Positions 56,175 to 64,000 of a DNA stretch of 64,000 nucleotides are shown here, one piece after another (the stretch's first letter is position 1; each line of letters begins with the position of its first letter). The notes below the pieces were generated by a model, which saw only the letters and a program-made list of their open reading frames with translations, was not told the DNA's origin and searched no databases. The translations under genes and the position numbers were made by a program. Source of the DNA: Parcubacteria group bacterium GW2011_GWC1_45_13 (GTDB taxonomy: Bacteria > Patescibacteriota > Minisyncoccia > UBA11713 > 2-01-FULL-45-33); contig LCKG01000001.1 in NCBI GenBank assembly GCA_001001285.1, positions 39,223-103,222 on the forward strand. The letters are read 5' to 3'.

Positions 56175-57110
56175 TTATATAGCTACTGGTATTCCTTTGA
56201 TTGGCGGATGCGGATCGTAGTTTTCAAGAACGAAATCGCCCAGCTGAAAACTAAAGATATCTGTCACTTCGGGATTGAGTTTTACCTCTGGCAGTGGTTT
56301 TGGTTCCCTTTTAAGCTGCATTTTTGCGTATTCAACCTGGTCAAAATATATGTGAACATCAGAGAGATGATGAACAAATTCTACTGGCTTCAAACCCACA
56401 ACCTGCGCGACCATCAGCAACAAAAGCGCGTATTCAGCGATGTTAAAAGGAACACCTACAAGGAGATCGGCACTTCGTTGCCAAAGATTTAGGTAAAGCC
56501 CGCCTTCCGCCACGGCAAATTTGAATATCACATGGCAGGGAGCTATAAACACTTTATCAATATCTTCAGGATTCCAAGCCGAAACGGTCATGCGCTTTGA
56601 ATCAGGGTTTGTTTTGATCTCATCTATTACTTTACTGATTTGGTCAATTGTCTCTCCGCCGCGCGGACGACGATTAAGCAAGGAGTGAATTTCGTTGATT
56701 TTATCCTCATCATTTCCATTTCCTTCCACAATTTCGGCGATTTTATCAACCAGGTTATTCTCCCGTTTCGGCCAGCGTATCCATTGCGGACCGTAAATCC
56801 GCCCAAGTCTTCCCGGTGGAAGTCCATAATCAGCGCAAATTTTCGGAGTAGCCCATGGATCCCACAGATGAACACCATCCTTATGAAGGTCGGCTATGTC
56901 ATCCGAACCGGACAAAAGCCACAAAAGTTCCGCCCGTACAGCTTTCCAAGAACCCTTCAAGCTCCTTGTCGTGATAAGCGGAAAGCTATCATCCATCCGA
57001 AACCGCATCTCATACCCCGGGTAAACAATAGTGCCCGGACCTTGGACGCTCGTCGTTCTTTTCTTCCCTTTGGTCAGAACTGTGTCTATCAAATTCAGAA
57101 ACTGTTCCAT
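56175..57110 (-). CDS. thyA: Thymidylate synthase (ThyA type)
   Basis: APCHVIFKF (catalytic Cys) and QRSADLLVGVPFNIAEYALL. The start was taken at the ATG at 57108-57110, which has a GGAGG Shine-Dalgarno sequence; the ORF-track start adds 18 codons. Confidence 0.85.
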   Translation of the reverse strand: MEQFLNLIDTVLTKGKKRTTSVQGPGTIVYPGYEMRFRMDDSFPLITTRSLKGSWKAVRAELLWLLSGSDDIADLHKDGVHLWDPWATPKICADYGLPPGRLGRIYGPQWIRWPKRENNLVDKIAEIVEGNGNDEDKINEIHSLLNRRPRGGETIDQISKVIDEIKTNPDSKRMTVSAWNPEDIDKVFIAPCHVIFKFAVAEGGLYLNLWQRSADLLVGVPFNIAEYALLLLMVAQVVGLKPVEFVHHLSDVHIYFDQVEYAKMQLKREPKPLPEVKLNPEVTDIFSFQLGDFVLENYDPHPPIKGIPVAI

Positions 57111-57201
57111 GATTCTTTCCTCCCGTGTTTTATTAGCGTTAATATTCGGTTTTAATCTTCCCAAAGCCTAACAATTTTAATAAAAAAAACAAGCCCCTCT
57201 G

Positions 57202-57825
57202 CTATAAGAAGGGCCCGAGAGCTGTGATGGCCGAGGATAGCACTTCGTCTTTAGGCCTGTCAGCATTGATTACGCAAATATTGCCGAAGCGTCCGTTCTC
57301 GGCCAACCACATATAGTTGGCGCGGATTTTCTCCAGCACTTTTTTTTCAGACCAATCAACAAACCGGATTCCTTTCCGCTCAAGACGCTCCAAGCAAACA
57401 TCCGCAGGCGCGTCCAAAAGGAGCGCGATATGCGGATAAATCATATGTTCGCCAATTATCTCATCGTTCATCCGCTCGTAATCTTCCACCTTGCCCTCAG
57501 ACATACCGTCAGCCAGAGTTAAGAGCCAGTAGTTTACGGTAAGCACCCAGTTGCCCAGCTGAAGATGAGGCTTGATTATGCTGCGGATATGGTCAAACCG
57601 GTCTTCAATACGCAACCGCTGAAGTTCACGGTTTGTCCCCGGGAGCGGCATTTTTCCGTCAAGAATTCTTTGAACACGATGTCCTACCTGCCCGCCGGTG
57701 GGTTCTTGGGTCAATAAAATATCCAGCCCTTTTTCCGTAAAACAAAGCTCAATCGCATTGGCCAGCGTGGATTTGCCTGCACCGTCAAGTCCTTCAATGG
57801 CAATAAACCGCGGCGTGTTTTTCAT
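57202..57825 (-). CDS. tmk: Thymidylate kinase
   Basis: P-loop IAIEGLDGAGKST and the LLTQEPTGG motif. Confidence 0.75.
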   Translation of the reverse strand: MKNTPRFIAIEGLDGAGKSTLANAIELCFTEKGLDILLTQEPTGGQVGHRVQRILDGKMPLPGTNRELQRLRIEDRFDHIRSIIKPHLQLGNWVLTVNYWLLTLADGMSEGKVEDYERMNDEIIGEHMIYPHIALLLDAPADVCLERLERKGIRFVDWSEKKVLEKIRANYMWLAENGRFGNICVINADRPKDEVLSSAITALGPFL

Positions 57826-57837
57826 ATCGCCTCCTTT

Positions 57838-57873
57838 GGTTAAAATCGCAAAGAAACCTCCAATAAGAGGTTA
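57838..57873 (-). terminator. Putative terminator or attenuator hairpin after rplK
   Basis: On the minus strand, aacctc-ttattg-gaggtt followed by tctttgcgatttta. Confidence 0.35.
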
Positions 57874-57879
57874 GCAGGA

Positions 57880-58305
57880 TTATTCAGTCACTTCAATCCC
57901 CATTGAGCGGGCGGTGCCTTCAATAATTTTCATCGCCGCGTCTGTATTATTGGCGTTTAAATCCTCCATTTTCCGTTCGGCGATTTCGCGGATTTTCGCG
58001 CGCGAAACCTTGCCGACTTTTCCGGCCAAAGGATTCGCCGCGCCTTTTTCAACCCCCACTGCTTTCCTCAAAAGGTCGGAGGCTGGCGGAGTTTTTAATT
58101 TAAAATCGAAAGTCCGGTCTTGGTAGATCGTAATTTCCGCCGGAATTATGTCGTCTCCCATTTGGACGGTCGCCGCATTGAATTTACTCACGAATTCGCC
58201 GATGTTGATTCCGTGCTGACCCAAAGCCGGGCCGATCGGCGGCGCCGGCGTGGCTTTACCAGCCGGTATCTGAAGTTTTAATATTGTTTTGATTGCTTTG
58301 GCCAT
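57880..58305 (-). CDS. rplK: 50S ribosomal protein L11
   Basis: The [22 protein letters not shown] signature. Confidence 0.9.
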   Translation of the reverse strand: MAKAIKTILKLQIPAGKATPAPPIGPALGQHGINIGEFVSKFNAATVQMGDDIIPAEITIYQDRTFDFKLKTPPASDLLRKAVGVEKGAANPLAGKVGKVSRAKIREIAERKMEDLNANNTDAAMKIIEGTARSMGIEVTE

Positions 58306-58306
58306 T

Positions 58307-58852
58307 TTACAACTTTTTAACTTGTAAGAAGTCTAACTCCACCGGAGTCTCGCGGCCGAACATTGAGACAAAAACTTTCGCTTTGCCTCTGGCTTCGTCA
58401 ATCTCGTGCACTTTTCCTTCAAAATCTTTAAACGGTCCGTCAATTATGCGCACGGGATCGCCTACCGAAATATCAATTTTATGAACCGGCTCGTCTTTAC
58501 CCATTCTGGAAAAAAGCGAATCAATTTCTTCTTTGGCCAAAGGCACGGGCGTGGTGCCCGAACCCACGAAGCCGGTGACCCGCGGGGTATTCCTGACAAC
58601 ATACCACGAAGCGTCCGTCACTACCATCTCCACCAAAACATAACCTGGATAAATTTCTTCCTCAACCACTCTGCGCTTGCCGCCTTTTATTTTTATTTTT
58701 TTTTCCTTAGGCACCACCACCTGAAAAATTTGGTTTTCCATTCCCAAAGACTCAATCCGCTGGCGGAGATTTCTTGCGACCGCGTCTTCATAGCCGGAGT
58801 AGGTGTGCACGGCGTACCAATTTTTCCCGAATTCTGAAGTTTGTTTTGCCAT
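58307..58852 (-). CDS. nusG: Transcription termination/antitermination factor NusG
   Basis: [11 protein letters not shown] (NGN domain) and a KOW motif ([18 protein letters not shown]). Confidence 0.9.
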   Translation of the reverse strand: MAKQTSEFGKNWYAVHTYSGYEDAVARNLRQRIESLGMENQIFQVVVPKEKKIKIKGGKRRVVEEEIYPGYVLVEMVVTDASWYVVRNTPRVTGFVGSGTTPVPLAKEEIDSLFSRMGKDEPVHKIDISVGDPVRIIDGPFKDFEGKVHEIDEARGKAKVFVSMFGRETPVELDFLQVKKL

Positions 58853-58858
58853 AATGAT

Positions 58859-59041
58859 TTAAATAAAAGTCTGCAGGATGCTGGTAAAAATAAAATCAAA
58901 GGCGCCCAAAACCGCCGCCACGCCCAAAGAGACTAAAATCACGGTCGCGGTGTAGCGCAAAGTTTCGGCTCTGGTGGGCCAGTTCACTTTTTTCATCTCC
59001 AGCCTGGTTTCTTTAAGATAGTTGGCAAGTTTTTGAAACAT
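58859..59041 (-). CDS. secE: Preprotein translocase subunit SecE
   Basis: 60 aa, KKVNWPTRAETLRYT followed by a single TM helix, in the conserved position upstream of nusG. Confidence 0.75.
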   Translation of the reverse strand: MFQKLANYLKETRLEMKKVNWPTRAETLRYTATVILVSLGVAAVLGAFDFIFTSILQTFI

Positions 59042-59120
59042 ATTTAAATTTTAGCACTTTTAAAAGCCCCGGAGGGCCTTATATTCAGATACTACTCCAT
59101 TTAAAAAATAAGTCAAATCG

Positions 59121-59149
59121 TTGACAAACATAACCATACATGCTAATCT
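59121..59149 (+). promoter_or_regulatory. Sigma70-like promoter candidate
   Basis: TTGACA, then a 17-nt spacer, then TAATCT. A GGAAGGAG Shine-Dalgarno sequence lies before the ATG at 59188. Confidence 0.4.
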
Positions 59150-59187
59150 GTTTTTAGAAGAAATTTCTAATCAGGAAGGAGATCTAG

Positions 59188-59517
59188 ATGAATACTGTTC
59201 TTATCTTGGGTGCGCCAGTCGTTAAAGAAAGACAATACGTCGCTTTAACAAAAAAGATTATTGAGTACTTTAAAGTCTGCGGGCTCCAAGAAGTAATTGT
59301 CTTTTTCCCGCGAGATCTGATGAAATGGGATTTGGGAAAAGAAATGACGGTTTGCATATCCGGCCCGTATCTCGATTTTGACAGAGGATCAAAACAGGCC
59401 TTGGCCGCCGCAGTTGGTTTGATAGTTCGACGGGCATTTGAGCCAAAGAAAATCTCTTGCTCTGTGCAATGCGAACCAACACCCGGCGAGGGGCACTGGT
59501 CCTATCCCCATTCATAG
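59188..59517 (+). CDS. Hypothetical protein
   Basis: 109-aa ORF with an upstream promoter-like element, a Shine-Dalgarno sequence and a downstream hairpin. No family recognised. Confidence 0.4.
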   Translation: MNTVLILGAPVVKERQYVALTKKIIEYFKVCGLQEVIVFFPRDLMKWDLGKEMTVCISGPYLDFDRGSKQALAAAVGLIVRRAFEPKKISCSVQCEPTPGEGHWSYPHS

Positions 59518-59540
59518 TGTTTCCGAAATCTTCGTCTTCA

Positions 59541-59565
59541 GCCGCGCTTTCATAGGCGGCTTTTT
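59541..59565 (+). terminator. Weak hairpin followed by a T-run
   Basis: gccgc-gctttcatag-gcggc followed by ttttt. Confidence 0.35.
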
Positions 59566-59647
59566 AAATTAAATCCGGATTCTTCACCGCTTTGGCGTGC
59601 CCCGCACCAATCGCTTCGCGATGGTACGGGGTAAACGTTTGTATGTG

Positions 59648-61666
<2,019 letters not shown>

Positions 61667-61780
61667 CTAAAGTTATACCCAAATCTTAGCACAAAAATCC
61701 GCCAAGCACAAACCCCAAAATTTGACATAAACACCGCTCCCCGCGTTTTTTTATTTTCATTTTTCCTAACTTCGCAAACC

Positions 61781-61812
61781 GCAAATTAATCCGCGATCGC
61801 GTATTAATTTGC
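61781..61812. promoter_or_regulatory. 32-bp near-perfect palindrome in the gyrB upstream region (candidate operator)
   Basis: gcaaattaat-ccgcgatcgcgt-attaatttgc has 10-bp perfect arms and a palindromic cgcgatcgcg core. It lies 124 bp upstream of the gyrB start. Confidence 0.4.
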
Positions 61813-61830
61813 ACTTTAAAGAAATTGAGG

Positions 61831-62346
61831 TTATTTACTGATGACAATAATTCTGCCTTTCCAGACCTTAAGAAATTCCGGCAAATTTAAAAACTTAAAT
61901 TCACCTTCGACGGCGCGGTAAGCGTTTGGATCGTGGAAATAAAATCCTTCGGGGGCTTCCCCGCTTCCTTTCAGCCCGACAATCAAAATAATGTGCCCTC
62001 CGCCAGCGTTTTTTACTGAAGCCAGAACCGGAATATTTTTTTCTAAATTTTCTGTTATAAACCCGATTCCGTCCTGCTTTTTATCTTCCAGCCATTCTTT
62101 TCTGAAAGAATTTTTAAATCCGTGTTTTTTGGCCAAATCAATAAGACCCTGATGAATCCAACCGACGCCGTTCAAATACGCGCCGAACGCCAGTCCCTCT
62201 TTTGTCAAATCATCCAAATTTATTTTTTCTGGGCCCAAAAATTCCATCGCCATCTTAAACGCGCAAGTTCCGCAACTCCGCGATTTCCATTCGGGGTCTA
62301 AAACATCCAACCGCTGGGAATAATAAGGGACATTAAGTTTTATCAC
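61831..62346 (-). CDS. Peptidase_C39_2-like papain-fold cysteine peptidase
   Basis: VPYYSQ...SCGTCAFKMAM (candidate nucleophile Cys) and GGGHIILIVG (candidate His). Apparent GTG start overlapping the pheS stop. Confidence 0.65.
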   Translation of the reverse strand: MIKLNVPYYSQRLDVLDPEWKSRSCGTCAFKMAMEFLGPEKINLDDLTKEGLAFGAYLNGVGWIHQGLIDLAKKHGFKNSFRKEWLEDKKQDGIGFITENLEKNIPVLASVKNAGGGHIILIVGLKGSGEAPEGFYFHDPNAYRAVEGEFKFLNLPEFLKVWKGRIIVISK

Positions 62347-63515
62347 CTCAATTCGGCGTTAAATTGTTTTTTGGTTTCGGAGTAAATTTGGGACATTATT
62401 TCATCAACTTCGCTTGAAATCAAAGTCCTCTCGTTGCTTCTGAAAATTATCCGGTAGGCGTAGCTAATTTTACCTTCCCCGAACTTTTTGGAGCTTTCAT
62501 ATTTATCAATCAAACTTACTTCTTCAACCAAATCTCCTCCTGCCTTGTCGGCAGACAGGCCCAAATCCCTTATCAAATCAAAATAATTATTCGGCACAAA
62601 ATCGTTCGCGACGACAAAAGATATGTCTCGCGTAATCGGCGGATATTTGCTCACCGGAATATATTTATTTCCCAAACGCAGTTGCTTTGTAATCCGCGGG
62701 TCTTCCGACCAAAAAAGGCGGATGTCGGGCAAATTCATGCTGACCATTGCAAGGCGTTCCAGGCCTGGTCCGAAAGCCCAGCCGTTGTATTCATCGGGGT
62801 CAACGCCGAAATTTTTCAGCACCGCGCCCTTTACCACGCCCGCGCCCAAAACTTCCAGCCAGCGGCTTTCAACTTCTATTTCCATTTCCAAGCTAGGGTC
62901 AGTATAAGGAAACTGGTCGGTGTTGAAACGATATTTAACGTCTTTACCGTAAATCGCCCTTGCCATCTCTAACAGCACGTTTTGTAAATCTTCTATTGTG
63001 ACAATGTGGTCTTTTTTGCGACATAAATACCAGCCGTCAATTTGATGAAACACAGGCAAATGAAAACGATCAATTTCGTCTTTACGATAGACCTTGCCGT
63101 AAGATAATGCGCCAACCGGCTGGCCCATTTCTATCTTTCTTTTCACGCCGGGCAAATTTAAATGATAGTACCACATCACCGTGGTATGGGTGCGCAAAAT
63201 ATGTCTGCTATCAACAAAATATGTATCCGAAGAACTGCGCGCAGGATGATTTTTAGGAAAATTAAACAAGTCAAAACTAATTTCTGCCGAAACGATTTCC
63301 GGAACTTGGATTTTATCAAAATCGGCGAATCTCGGAATCTTTAAAATCCGGCCTACAAGCTCGTTTATCGGGCTTTCTTCGGCTCTAGACAAGTCCGGCA
63401 TTTTCAAAAACCGCAAAATCCGCTTTGCTTCCGCGTCAGTTCTTTTCTCAAGAGATTTTATCAGCCCCGCCTCTTCGGGAGATTTAATTTCAATATTGGA
63501 CATGTTTTTAATCAT
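62343..63515 (-). CDS. pheS: Phenylalanine--tRNA ligase alpha subunit
   Basis: HPARSSSDTYFV, the class II aaRS motifs FRNTDQFPYTDPSLE and GWAFGPGLERLAM. Confidence 0.85.
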   Translation of the reverse strand: MIKNMSNIEIKSPEEAGLIKSLEKRTDAEAKRILRFLKMPDLSRAEESPINELVGRILKIPRFADFDKIQVPEIVSAEISFDLFNFPKNHPARSSSDTYFVDSRHILRTHTTVMWYYHLNLPGVKRKIEMGQPVGALSYGKVYRKDEIDRFHLPVFHQIDGWYLCRKKDHIVTIEDLQNVLLEMARAIYGKDVKYRFNTDQFPYTDPSLEMEIEVESRWLEVLGAGVVKGAVLKNFGVDPDEYNGWAFGPGLERLAMVSMNLPDIRLFWSEDPRITKQLRLGNKYIPVSKYPPITRDISFVVANDFVPNNYFDLIRDLGLSADKAGGDLVEEVSLIDKYESSKKFGEGKISYAYRIIFRSNERTLISSEVDEIMSQIYSETKKQFNAELR

Positions 63516-63879
63516 TTAGTTCCGGATGCCAATAAATTTTTTCTATTTTACGCGCGGGAGTGCCATCCGGGTTGGTGCCGTAAGTAACATGGTGCTTCCG
63601 AGGGCATTTATCAGTAAAAGAGTTGCTGATTGCCTCCGCGCCTCCGATATAAAAACCTGTGTGTGGGTGCTCTGTCCTATCTTCGAACCTTACCGTCTTC
63701 CAAACAATAACCGCTCCGGGCTTTAATTGGGCAACTTCGCGCCATCCGTTTTCAAGCATATCTTTAACTGTTCCGGAAACTGTGGCATGCGGCTTTTTAA
63801 TAAGCTCCTGATTCAATAAAACCGCTGACGCGAAAACAGCGCATGATAAAGCGCCATCCTCAAGAATATCTTTTTCCAC
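63508..63879 (-). CDS. Hypothetical protein, possible Cys/His papain-like fold
   Basis: 123-aa ORF with an apparent GTG start. A Cys in a small-residue context (ALSCAVFASA) and a His (HPHTGFYIGG) are the only hints. Confidence 0.3.
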   Translation of the reverse strand: MEKDILEDGALSCAVFASAVLLNQELIKKPHATVSGTVKDMLENGWREVAQLKPGAVIVWKTVRFEDRTEHPHTGFYIGGAEAISNSFTDKCPRKHHVTYGTNPDGTPARKIEKIYWHPELND

Positions 63880-64000
63880 GCCGTCAACATACGCGTATAA
63901 ATTTCGGAAAAGATAATTGTTCCCGCCTTTGATTGAATTTTCTACAATCGCTAAAAGCGACTTGAGTTTTTTAATGCGGATATTATGTGTTGGCAGCGGA

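Noticed and set aside
59042-59120. Small GC hairpin (ggccctccggggc) just upstream of secE
   Set aside because: The stem is only 4-5 bp and it is not placed where a terminator is needed. It is more likely an incidental structure in the 5' UTR.

Overview
This 64-kb window is AT-rich and densely coded, mostly on the minus strand. Many genes overlap by 4 nt (ATGA or GTGA), which suggests translational coupling. TGA is used as a stop codon, so this is the standard bacterial genetic code.

Content by region:
- About 1-51 kb is one very large cell-envelope glycan biosynthesis region. It holds a dTDP-3-amino-3,6-dideoxyhexose-type pathway (RmlA, RmlB, an FdtA-like 3,4-ketoisomerase, a DegT-type aminotransferase). 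It holds a complete GDP-glycero-manno-heptose-type pathway (transaldolase, GmhA, GmhB, GHMP kinase, nucleotidyltransferase) together with tailoring oxidoreductases. There are seven DPM1/GtrB-like GT2 polyprenyl-phosphate glycosyltransferases, five GT-C-like polytopic membrane transferases, a GtrA-like flippase, six GT4 domains, two B12-binding radical-SAM enzymes, four SAM methyltransferases and an AsnB-type amidotransferase. There is also a UbiA(DPPR-synthase-like)-HAD-SDR-GtrA operon.
- Inside this region sits a CotH/CotH-beta-helix/VTC/DUF4956 module.
- A HepT/MntA toxin-antitoxin pair also sits inside it. The pair lies in a roughly 5.8-kb segment bounded by an imperfect duplication of the transaldolase 3' end (a possible old insertion).
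- The 3' portion (51-64 kb) carries housekeeping genes: secD, a lamin-tail-domain protein, a dTTP-supply cluster (dcd, dCMP deaminase, folA, thyA, tmk, plus a HIT protein and a cytidylyltransferase-like protein), rplK-nusG-secE (no rplA after rplK), gyrB, a C39-like peptidase and pheS.
- No rRNA, tRNA or CRISPR array was recognised by eye.

Lineage: the gene content and organisation are consistent with a small-genome, Parcubacteria/CPR-like bacterium. That is an inference and not demonstrated. All protein-family calls come from reading the translated ORFs for motifs; no database search was run.
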